DNA of 63,796 nt, the filler included, from Hausera hauseri (Eukaryota), in assembly GCA_046269625.1 (NCBI GenBank). It is 11 parts of 11 records of this genome, joined end to end, with 100 filler letters (N's around TTAATTAATTAA, not from the genome) between each part and the next. Parts side by side here need not be neighbours in the genome. Positions count along the whole stretch, not along the records: positions 22,519 to 32,632 come from JBJURY010237739.1; positions 32,733 to 40,531 come from JBJURY010903090.1; 9 more parts are not named here. One strand, 5' to 3'. A program made the translations under genes and the position numbers. Shown piece after piece: positions 25,927-36,989 of this stretch; positions within the stretch are counted from its first letter, which is position 1; the number at the start of each line of letters is the position of its first letter. The notes below the pieces were generated by a model that was not told where the DNA came from, made no database searches, and saw nothing but the letters and a program-made list of their open reading frames with translations.

Positions 25927-28006
25927 GGGTAATTGATCACTCAAAGAGAAATCGTTTTTAGTATCTCTGTCGTTTTTAGTATCCGCAAAGAATCTCTACT
26001 AGTATATGTTTGTTTTCCAGACTGCTGTGAATTCCCATCCCGTTTTACACTACCTTCGTCTAAGTTACGAAAAAATTCATAATTCAAGAAAAATTGAGAA
26101 TTTTGTAGATTTGTATTCTCGTGAAAAGATGTTTAGGTATATTTGGCGGCCATCCCCGTTTTTTCTAATTCACTGCCCATTTTGTTCTAATGTATTAAAT
26201 TTCAGTATTATTATTTTCACACAAATTTCTAATCATAATGCATAAAGCTTTTTACCGGCGAAATTTTTCACATGTAGGAACTACGAATCAAATGCATTAA
26301 AATATAATAGTCGACTTTCTTTCACCTTTAAAAAAAATGTATTACCGATACGTTTTTCCTGTTACTTCTTGGGTTCCAATACCAATATGTTTATCTTGTA
26401 CCATACACGATGTAAACCATGTGCGCATAATATATTAGTATATTGCATTTTTATTCATCTCTTATTTTTTAGATATATGATTAGTAACTTATACTAACTT
26501 TTTAGGGGTTTATACTGTTGTAGGTATTTAGTCTGGCTAATGGCATTGCATCAGCTGCCAAATTTTATATAATCAAGTTATCTTTGTTAGATTACCATGG
26601 CCTATTTTTATTTCGTAATCTCCTTATTGTGACTTGTACATATGTATCTGATTAGCCACTTTGCTTATTCTTATGAACTACTAGTATTTCCTGCATAATC
26701 TGTTGGTTTATATGTTACTTTATAATATATATATATATTAATCAATAAATCTGGTCTGAACGACGTAGAAGCTGCAAGCCTTCATGGTCGCCGTCATTCC
26801 ATTCCTGTGTGTATGTTAGGTTTTGAATGTTCACTCCTAAATATCTGGAAATATCAGCAATGCAAAAATAAAGAAAAGTCTGTAGTTCAGTTGCACAGTT
26901 ATGTATAATACGTTGCTCATTTCATTTGATTTTCGTGAATTATCCAATACATCCAATATGCTGCTTATTTTCAATTTACGACATTGGTATAAAAATACTC
27001 AAACGTCCGCTCTGACAAGTGCCGTAACTTGACTCAGTGGGGCCCTAGGACAAGGCGGTGTTTTGAGGCCCCCATTGGATCGCAATCCTTTATTAATATT
27101 AATAACATATTTTATATGTTAATAATTTTCATTCGTACATTGTTAATATTTAATAATAAAATTATTAGTTATTAATTTTTATTAATTCATAAGTGATAGC
27201 TACCATTAATAATTAAACGCCCATGTCTATACCGGGACTCCAACTCAGGTCCTCTAGCACTAAAAGACAGAAAGTATGAATTGGTTTCAAACTCATAGTA
27301 AAATTACTAAAATTTCGAATTAGTGGCGTTCTACCGCATTTCTTATTTCCGAAAACGAATTCGAATTAAACATGTTTTGTTAAGAAATGAAACGTGGATG
27401 TAATAAAAATACAATTCCATTTTCCGCTTGAAATCAGCTCTAATATCTGTGCCTTTGGATTATTTAGAAAACAGACTCTAAGGGATTGAAAATACTGCCT
27501 TTCTCCAAGACAAATAAGTGTATATGCAAGTTATTTTAACATTATATGTATTGGGATCAGAGCCCATCCCAGATACATTGCCTTTCTTTTTTTATTGTAC
27601 AAGTGTTCATAAATGGATATCATTGTATCTTAATTATTCACTAAAGGCAATTACAGACACTAAACACAATATACTAATATTAGTTTTTACACATACACAG
27701 TGCTGTTCTTAGCCGTTGCGAGACTCTAGGCAAAGATAATGTGATGTGCCCATTTGCGTAGGTTACATACATAGTGATAAGTGGTTATTACCTAAGCAGT
27801 TTGGAGCGCGGGCCCCTAGATAGGTGGCTTGCCCAGGGCACCTGCCTAGGACCTGTCTACCTCTAAGCATGACCCTGAAACAACATAAAGGGAAAAATAG
27901 TCCCCCCCCCTAGTGTAAGTAATATATCAGGTCTCGGATTTATAATATGTCCCAGTCCTTTTTTTTTACATAAGTCGTGTTATTATAATGTACGTATTGT
28001 TTTTCC

Positions 28007-28171
28007 CAGGAGCGTAGCCAGGGGGTGGCTGATGGAGCAGCAGCTTCCCCCCCCCCGAAATGAGTAAATTTCAAAAGTTTACTTATTTTATTGAAGAAAA
28101 GTACGTATACATGGACACTTTTCGAATTCTCAGCCCCCCCCCCCCGGAAAAAAATCCTGGCAACGCTACTG
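28007..28171. mobile_element. MITE (hAT-like termini)
   Basis: TIRs CAGGAGCGTAGCCAGG / CCTGGCAACGCTACTG (2 mismatches); flanks GTTTTTCC / GCTTTTGC match at 6/8, a putative 8-bp TSD. Confidence 0.7.
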
Positions 28172-29212
28172 GCTTTTGCACTTGATTTGCACATAACGTA
28201 ATAGAGAAACGAAATGTAAATTTATATATCGTATGTGAAGAATAATATTCCTAAAATATAACAAATGCCAAAACATTGATATATTTTTCGCAATGCAGTT
28301 GATATAAATAATTTGTACACATAATATTGTTGCTGATTCTTAATTATCATACAAATTAAATTTTTTTTTTTTTTGCAGTCTAGTACTATGTATTATTTTA
28401 CTGTTTGTGTTTTATGTTCCTCTATTTTGATTGCTCATTAATTTTTAAAAGTACATTAATGAAAAACTTTTGAAGTTATTTATTCAAATTTCAAATTATA
28501 TTCAATACAATGTCGCTATAGGTTGAATGCGATGTAAATTGGAAACTTCTTGAAAGATCAATGAGTGTGTAATTTATGGAATTTTGCTGTGAAATGTCGA
28601 GGATCCCCAAAGATCCTAGTTAAATCCATTCCCCACACGATTCGCTTCAGTAGTTTATATATGATGCAATTCCCAACGTTTATTAAACTATCATTTTATA
28701 GTAAATTTCACCCGAGATTAAAATAAAGCAAAATAACATATTTACAGAAACGATTTTAAAGCAATGTTATAAAAATCTTTTGTCGTGATATTACAAGATG
28801 AAAATTACTTCTGTAATGAATTTTTAATCTGTAAGAGAAAAGTTTTGGAATTTACATTATTTAAAGAAAAGAGGGGGAGGGGTAGGATTAGAAAAAAGAA
28901 AATAAAATAAAGAAAGGAAAATGAGTTAGAAAGCAAGCACTTGTTCGTTGAAATATAAAAATTTGTGAAATTGACCTCCACCCTCCGAAGATTTAAAAGG
29001 AATTTTCTCCCTATTTTAAAACGTTAAACAATCGTTAAAATAATTATTTTAATAAACGTAGTAAAGGTAAATAATAATTTTTAACGAATAGATACAATCG
29101 TCTCGTATTACGGCTGGCGCACTGTTTCTATCCATCCTTATCAAGGAACATTTCTGCCGCTTCATTCAGTCAATTAAAAAAAAATAATAAATCCTTTTTT
29201 TTCCCATCTTCA

Positions 29213-29492
29213 ATTAGGCCCTAATTGAGGACAGGGTTCTAAGTTGTCGCACCACGGGCATCACGCCACCGGGATCTAGGTATCTTTCCTCATCCTTGCC
29301 TTCTCTTTCCCTGTTTTACTCGTCTGGGGATCCCAGTCGAACTCTGTGCTACTACAAGGTAAGTAAATACTGAAGCATGTGTCGCAGATGCCTGGTTCTG
29401 CTCACTCGAGTGCCGCTAGTGTTTTGAAAAAAAAGGGGAGGGGGGGGTAGATGGTTTAGTTCTGTGCAACCGACCGGGTTGAGAGCCCTCAG
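29213..29492. repeat. Dispersed repeat, copy 1 (about 270 bp)
   Basis: Colinear with 31849-32105 (CCTAA.TGAGGACAGG.TTCTAAGTT...CATCCTTGCCTTCTCTTTCCCT...CTGGTTCTGCTCACTCGAGTG). Confidence 0.85.
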
Positions 29493-31848
29493 AGTACTCA
29501 AGACTTCTCACACCCACACTCATTTTCATTCCTATAAGTATTTTCCGGAGTCAAGATATTTGCATTAAAATTTGCTTATAGCAACAAGTAAAGAGCTTTT
29601 TCAATTTTGCCTCTATTAGGAATGCATATTTCAGGTTTGCGAAAAGCAGATCGTAGTAAAGATAAAATCAAAAGATAGAGGGTTAAAAAAACTAAGGAAT
29701 AGCAGTGCCCCCTACACCGGAACATATGTTTAAAGTGGAATCCGAACCACTACAAGAACCATGCCCAACCGGGACCATTGGCATTGGAAGACAGGGATCA
29801 AATATATTAAAATATACAGGTCAATTGAGTTATATTTCGAATGTTCAATATACAATAGAACCTCTTTATAACAACGTCATGATATAACGATTTCTTCGGT
29901 AAAATGAAAGTCCAGTCGATTTACTATGGGCAGTGTTATTACGATTGTTATTCGTTATTGTGACCATTCGTTCAGTCCTTACCAGTGACTGAACAGAATG
30001 ACTTCGCCAGGTGCAATCATAGACTTTTCTCCTTCCTTGAGGTTCACAAGTTCACTGTCTTTTTAGGATTGTTATTTTACCAGCAAAGGAATTTTAAAAG
30101 TTTTTCAGGACTTTTCAGATTTCTCACAGCAAATTTTTCCTTTTGTGTCCATATATTTTTTCCCCCGATCAGTTAGTTATTCGCACACAGGCGTATACGT
30201 AGATGCTATAGTTTTCGAATTCTGTTTCTAGATTCATGCACAAGATAATTGGTCTTAGTTTTTTGTTTACTAAATCTGATTGTTCATTTCTAGAAGTAAT
30301 TTGTAGGTTATTCTGGTGGTATATTTTTAAAACTGTAAAACAAATTTTAGCATTGAATCCGGGTAATCCGAACTTTCTTTCATCCGAATAGGTCTCTGTT
30401 CCATTTATTTCGGATTGGCGGGATTCTATCGTATTTGTTGTTTCGAAAAAGAATTCGAATAGAACTTGTTTTGTTAAGAAATTAAACATGGACGTAATGA
30501 AAAAACAATTCCGTGAAAATTAAATATCATATTGGTAAGTTTTTTTGATATATTTCTCTCAATTCGAAGAAAAATAAAATGAATTTAGAACTTCGATTAT
30601 TTACTTATCGTTCTTTAAAACAGAAAGAAAAAAATGCAGCCCTCCTTATTTTTGAAAAATAATAGTTAGTAGTCACATGTTCGCGGCAACTGTGATTACA
30701 ATTCAAAGAGATCGGTGAAACACTGGCTGTAAGCTGCAAGATAAAACCTCGCATATATTCCCAATTACTTTTACAACCATCATCACTGGCTGATAGTAGG
30801 CCTGGGGAACCTCTTTCCCACTCTTCTGTCAGAGCTGAATTTAAAAGGAATGATGGGGATTTTCTTATACATGTCATCTCTTGAAATTTCAGCACTTTAA
30901 AATATTAAAATATTCTTCACTAATTGTCAAGAATTTTTAAACATTAGTTTTCAAGTACATTTGATCTTGAATCGAATTTCCAGCCTGACACTTATAAATT
31001 CTAGACCAATTGGCTAAACACATGATCACAGGTCAAGCTCTGTTTGAAAGTTGCAATTTTTGATAAAAATATATTTAACGTATTTTTACTAGAAGTATCT
31101 GTACCAATTAAACTACCGAGGAAAACATCTAGATTTTCATGAAGTGAGGAAAACCGAAACAGTTTCTTTCTAGTAGAAAATTAAATGACCGTTACTGTAA
31201 TTCGTCATTGTGGCAACATTAAGTTGCGAATTCTCAACGTCTTCGCAGGTGTTGTGACTTGTGCTATGTTGCGGGCTTATCTATTCCCGGAAGGCCGATC
31301 TTTTGATCCAGTTTTGATTCGGTTTTGAATAAAATATCCCGGATTGTTCCTTTTACTCATAAGGAAAAGTTCTTTTAAATTTTTTAAAAAAAGATTAACT
31401 ATATTTACTTTTTAAAAATTAGATTCTGTAGTTTATAGTTCAAAGAAGTGCATAAATGAATATAACCAATGTTGATGACTCGGTCTGAAGAAAATTCAAA
31501 AACTTTGATGTTTGATATATTTAGATTTTCGTTTACACTAAAAAATGTCCATGAATCGAAACGATACATGCTTCACCAGAAAAGCACATGTGTCATTTCT
31601 AAAATGATAATCTCAAGGAAGAAAGAATTTTTTTTCTTGGTCATTAGGTATAATGTCATATGCCGTTCACGTACATTTGTGAAAATAGGTAAAGTACTAA
31701 AGTACCTATGTTATAACAGAAGTACTCTAGAAACAGGGAACGATATTCTTCACCCCTAATGGACAAAAAGAGAGCACCTGACCGCTTCTTTTTTTTTTCT
31801 TTTTGCACATATGTGGTGTAACGAAGAAAACTTTTATTTTCATCTTCC

Positions 31849-32105
31849 ATTAGACCCTAACTGAGGACAGGATTCTAAGTTACTGTACCACAGGCATCAT
31901 GTCTCCGGAGTCTTGCTATCATTCCACCATCCTTGCCTTCTCTTTCCCTTTTTCACGAGGATCCCAATCGAACCGTGTGCTACTAGAAGGTATCCAGGTA
32001 GTGACTCAGATGTCGCAGGTGTCTGGTTCTGCTCACTCGAGTGTTGTTAGTACTTTGAAAAAAAGGGGAAGGCTCTGTGCAAGCGACAGGGTTGCGAGTC
32101 CTCAG
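31849..32105. repeat. Dispersed repeat, copy 2
   Basis: Same-orientation homologue of 29213-29492. Confidence 0.85.
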
Positions 32106-32546
32106 TGGTAACAGGAAAATGTTTCTGCCGATCGATGACATGGTTGGTCACTGTCTTCCTGTGCCAAAAGTCCCAGTTAGGGATGGGTGTTGTAATGGCT
32201 CCGATTTCTTGGTGTAGGATTCAATAACTTCACAATTGGCTTCAGTTGGGTAATTTGCAGAGTTCCAAGTAAAATGTTCCTAGTCTCACTCAAAGACGCA
32301 GGGCGCCAAGTATCCTGTGTCACGGGGTGAATAATTGGACAGTGCATAGAAATTTTTCAGCATTTGGTCAGTCTGGAAAGCCTTAGTAGCTTCTAAATGG
32401 CTTACTGCCGTTGAGATGCTCTTTTCCTGAGTATTCTATGGGATCTGTTATTAGGTGTAACTTTATTAGGTAAAAAAGAATATACATATTCTTGATGAAG
32501 TAAAAACAACGTTAAAAATGCACAAATAAAATCAAGTTTGATGCAA

Positions 32547-32587
32547 ACGACGTTTCGGAACGATAAAGGCAGGTTCCGTCTTCAGTA
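32547..32587 (-). ncRNA. Degenerate minimal hammerhead-ribozyme motif (Penelope-type)
   Basis: Minus strand reads CUGAAGA-c-GGAAC...GUUCC-GAAAC-GUC; stem II is 5 bp but stem I is weak. Confidence 0.45.
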
Positions 32588-32732
32588 CAGTGCGTCATGG
32601 ACGTATATAAGGGGGGGGCCCAGGAGGCCCGGNNNNNNNNNNNNNNNNNNNNNNNNNNNNNNNNNNNNNNNNNNNNTTAATTAATTAANNNNNNNNNNNN
32701 NNNNNNNNNNNNNNNNNNNNNNNNNNNNNNNN

Positions 32733-32854
32733 TTGCCTAGCACTTTATGGATCGATAGTGTTCCATGTGCACTATCGATCGGCACATGTGCAAATCGATT
32801 TATCGATCCAACCCCCCCGGGGGGTTGAGCCAGAAGCGGTATTTTCCTCCTACT
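32733..32854 (+). repeat. Outer end of a Polinton-like terminal repeat, ending ...CTACT
   Basis: Homologous to C10 58463-58560 (GCACTTTATGGATCGATAGTG...ATCGATTTATCGA...GCCAGAA...TTTTC..CTACT). Homology stops exactly at CTACT, consistent with the 5'-AG...CT-3' termini of Polintons. Confidence 0.75.
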
Positions 32855-33062
32855 AAAGCCATATATGGCGAATCAGAATATGACGTCAGATATTCGAATT
32901 AGAGCTCAAAAGTCGAGTATTTAGCTATTTGAACTTGAAAACGCGGTAAAGCATACATTATTCGAAGAATCTAATGACGTCATTCGTTTCCGCATGTATG
33001 GAAACCTTTCAAATTTGGCGCAAACATAAGTTTAATTTATTTGATGCATTAAAACGAAGTGT
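32855..33062 (+). repeat. Inner segment of a Polinton-like terminal repeat, upstream of pPolB
   Basis: Reverse complement of C10 57181-57400 (for example CATTATTCGAAGAATCTAATGACG and TTGATGCATTAAAAC are shared). Confidence 0.8.
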
Positions 33063-33176
33063 TCTAGTATGTTAAAAAAACGAAAATCAATAAATTCGAA
33101 ATTTAAAAAAATCCATAAATCAGACACTGTGGGTTGATGTGGCTATATTTCATTATTTCTAAAATCACTTCCATGA

Positions 33177-35412
33177 ATGGTGAGATTTTTATTTGTGCTC
33201 CTGAACTAATTGGTTGATTTTTAGATATGCAATCTATGCAAAGAGTGCTAGGCTCAAATCGACCAGCCTGAAAATTGTCACAACATTATGAAGAATTATT
33301 TCAGCCCATAAACAACACCTGATTTCCTTTGCCAAGTCGAAAAAATAAATATTCAATACCACTATGTCAATAATGACTTCCAGGCCTAAGCAAAATCAAA
33401 GATGCAGTTCATACCTGTATTGCACATGTGCAATACACAACCCTCAGAACTGTCATAATACTATGATGAGCTATTATGGACACAAATTCAATAGGTTCCT
33501 CTATTATATTTGCCCAGAATGTGAGACTGTATGTGATGGAGAATACATGCAGTTTTACGAAGATTATATTGCCAATTTCACAGACTTTACGTCAAAGTCA
33601 AAGAAGGCCATCTTTAATGAGCAGCAGCATAAAATTACTTCGGCAGCACAGCCAGTTGTACAGCTTGCTTCTAAAGTACCTTCAGATGTACAGCCTGCTG
33701 CAGCAGCAAGGCCCGATGCAAGACTAAAATGAACAGCTGCAGTAGCAGCAGATTCTCCATCAAAAAGCCAAAGACAGCGGCCAGTTGATGCGGCACATTA
33801 AAGAGAAATGTCCGCAGATATGTTATTGATGCAACTGATCAAACAGCCTTCCAAGATTTCCTCTTATACACAAAGGAAGAGACAGAAGGAATTCTTCAGG
33901 ACAACATGGCTGAGCTCAAAGCCCTTAAAGTGAATATGAAAATGAAGGCCACTTACATTAATGTTGATAGCAAAGAATCCAATATGGCCTTCAATACCAA
34001 AAATAGGACCATATTGGAAAACACCAATATAATAGAATGGCTGCAATAGGAGCACGAGAAGCTGATATGTGAACCCGGGGAGAACCAGAATAAGAAGAGC
34101 GGATGGACTCTGGTAATCTTCAAGAGATTTATTATATATGTGCACATGTACTCCCCCATGCAGGGTAGTTCATATATTCAGCTCCCTTAATGGATCATTA
34201 ATAAAAAAGCATGCATCAATGTCCATAATAACGACAATATATGTTTCATGTATGCCATTCTATTAAAACTCGTAACGGATTCAAATCATGCTTCACGAGT
34301 TTGGCTATATAAGGATGTGCAGCACAACTATGACTTCCAATGTATTAAGTTCCCTCCATCCATAGATGAAGTCAAAAAATTTGGAAAAGTCAACAACATG
34401 TCCATGAATATCTTTGGATTGCATGAGGAGAACAAATTCGATCCCCTGCATATATGCGATACTGAATTGAAAGATCATAGGGATCTGCTCCTACTAGATG
34501 ATGGAGAAAAGAAACATTATGTTTGGATCAAAAACTTTCAGCGTCTAATAAGATCCAAAATTACGAAACATCATGGACAAATAGAAATATGTAAACGATG
34601 CTTGTCCCATTTCAGCGGCGATGTAGCTGTATTGATGCTTGCAGAGCACAATATGTACTACAATAACAATTTTTGTATCAGGTCAGAATTTCCCAAGGAG
34701 GATTACATTGAATTCAAGGAGTTCGAGAAGAAGATTAAGGTCGCAATAGTCATCTCTTGCGACATTGAAGCGATCCCGCGTCCAGTTCAGAGTTGCAGCC
34801 CTAATCCACAACATAGAAGCACAAGGGTATATCAATATCATAAGCTCTCATCATATTGCATGTATTCCAAAGGACTAGACGGTGAACCATACCTATTCAG
34901 GGGTTCAGGCGCAGAAGCTCATTTCATAAAACAACTTGAAGATATAACTAATAAAAGCAAGAATAATGGCGCAAGGCAACAGTATGTTGCTTGTGCGACA
35001 AGTTTTTCACTAAGGATATCATAAGGTCAGAGATCACTGTTATTTTACAGGCACATATCGAGGCCAGGCATGCAACAACTGCAGTCTAAGCTGCAGAACA
35101 TGTACATATGTGCCTGTAGTATTCCACAATCTCTGGCTATGATTCTAATTTCATAGACCGATAATTAGGTAACGTTGAAGGAAACATTAGTGTGATCCCG
35201 AACAGTGAAGAAAAATACGTCACCTTTACGAAGCATGTCGTCAAAGTTCGACTTCGCTTCATAAACAGCTTCTGCTTCATATCCTCTTCACTTGACAGTT
35301 TAGTGAAGAACCTCCCTGCAGAAAAACTCAAGGAAACGAAGCGGTTCTTCCCCACTATATTTGACCTAGTTAAAAGGAAAGGAGTGTTTCTTTATGATTA
35401 CATCACATCATA
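33177..35412 (+). pseudogene. Second Polinton-like pPolB copy, 3'-truncated within the exonuclease region; ATG followed by a 45-nt intron (33180-33224)
   Basis: Colinear homologue of the C3 pPolB: DNICFMYAIL, HYVWIKNF, CKRCL, CDIE, RDHCYFTGTYRG, RKGVFLYDYI; contains stops and frameshifts. Confidence 0.92.
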
Positions 35413-35793
35413 GGTGTGGTACTCACGGTGGCCGGTGCCCTTTGACCCATTTGGTTGGGCACGGCCGGGCCTCCGTTGCTGCTGCGTCGGGCCCATAGGC
35501 GGGCCTCCAATCTTCCAACTATGACAAATTTCATGGGTCATATACTCTTCAGTTACGATCACAAATCAGAACACGACGATCATCCTTGGTCAAAATTGTC
35601 ACAGCCCCCTCCTAATTATAGTCAAAATGATGTTTATTCTCAAACTCAGTCTTATAGTCAATCAGCTTCGTATATTCAACCTCCTACTTCATCATCGGCA
35701 TATAAAAATCCAACTGATCAAATGGCAACCACTGAATCCAAAAAGACGCTTATGATCAGCAAAATGCAATGAAGCTACAAAGTAGCAAACCAA

Positions 35794-36627
35794 ATGGTTG
35801 AAATATCGGGGGAGTCATTCTGTAGAAATGAACCGGTATCACAGAACCCTTACAACACCCAACAAACACTGAAAGCTAATTTTTACAATCCAACAAATTA
35901 TCGATCAGAGTTTATGTCCAATGTACCGTCTGGTAATTTCGTTAACAGACATGCCAAGAAATTACCAATCAGTTTTATCGCTGCCAGAGATTGGAGTCTG
36001 TTCATTCATTTTTCCAACAAATACCGACCGGAGAAACAAAAGAAACCAAAAAACAGAGTGTACAGATTGCTGACTGCGTTCATTAAACTGTATGAAGAAT
36101 ATTCTTACGTATGCTATAAGGTTATTCCGGCACATTCCAGTTTGTTACATATTAAACTATCAACTTTAACCGATGAAAATAAAGCTAACAGTATGCAAAA
36201 CATTGACGTGTCGTGTCATGATAGTGAAATATGGAAAAAACCCTATCAAAATTCGGTAACGTTCAATGATCACGTTTCATATACAAATTACAGTCAAATC
36301 GGTGGTTCAGCCAATTTTGTGGACTATTATTCCAAAAACCAACTATTGAAACGATGGTTTTGTGGGAAAATCTGTCGAATGCGTTCTCTGCGAGCAAGTG
36401 AAATCAAACCGTATGATAAAATCCGCCGATTGCAGCATGAGACAATCGAGATATATTCCACAGAAAATTTCCAAAACGTCGTGAGTTATCGAATTAGTTT
36501 CACTGGATTTGATTCATTTGGTCGACCGAAGATCAAATGGATTCAAGTATCGATAGCACTGGAATTGCTAATACCGAAAGTCCAGTCGAAAATTCAACGG
36601 ATTATGATGAGTTGTAATTTTTTCTAG
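35794..36627 (+). CDS. Unknown 277-codon ORF, possibly a patchwork of host-gene fragments
   Basis: Long ORF in AT-rich DNA lying between a truncated pPolB and a truncated Gypsy; no coherent domain recognised. Confidence 0.25.
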   Translation: MVEISGESFCRNEPVSQNPYNTQQTLKANFYNPTNYRSEFMSNVPSGNFVNRHAKKLPISFIAARDWSLFIHFSNKYRPEKQKKPKNRVYRLLTAFIKLYEEYSYVCYKVIPAHSSLLHIKLSTLTDENKANSMQNIDVSCHDSEIWKKPYQNSVTFNDHVSYTNYSQIGGSANFVDYYSKNQLLKRWFCGKICRMRSLRASEIKPYDKIRRLQHETIEIYSTENFQNVVSYRISFTGFDSFGRPKIKWIQVSIALELLIPKVQSKIQRIMMSCNFF

Positions 36628-36989
36628 GATCCATTGGATAGTGTTTCCGAACTGATGTACTTTATTTACAACGCCGATTTGTGTATTATGCACTTTCAAC
36701 GGACAAAAAAATGTGACATTCTCGAGGGATTTCTGCCACAAAAAAATTGAAAATCAAACAAATCGAATTTCAAGATGACGAAGGATTGCAAGATGAGCTA
36801 GAGAATGTAAAAACCAATCAAAATTTTCTTAACGAAACGCTAAAATGATCCTCATACAAAGGTAATGCGAAATCCGTTGGAATTCTTATTAATTTCAGAG
36901 CCAATCCGAATTATGCGGCCGAGTTTAGTACTGTTACAACACTGCCGAAATTAACAGTGAAGTCATCTGAGGAATTCTCAAGTTTTGCA

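Noticed and set aside
30605-30895. Possible host exon on the minus strand
   Set aside because: A plausible acceptor is present, but no recognisable protein, donor site or partner exon.
36340-36390. SH2 domain start (WFCGKICR)
   Set aside because: No FLVR motif or downstream SH2 pattern.
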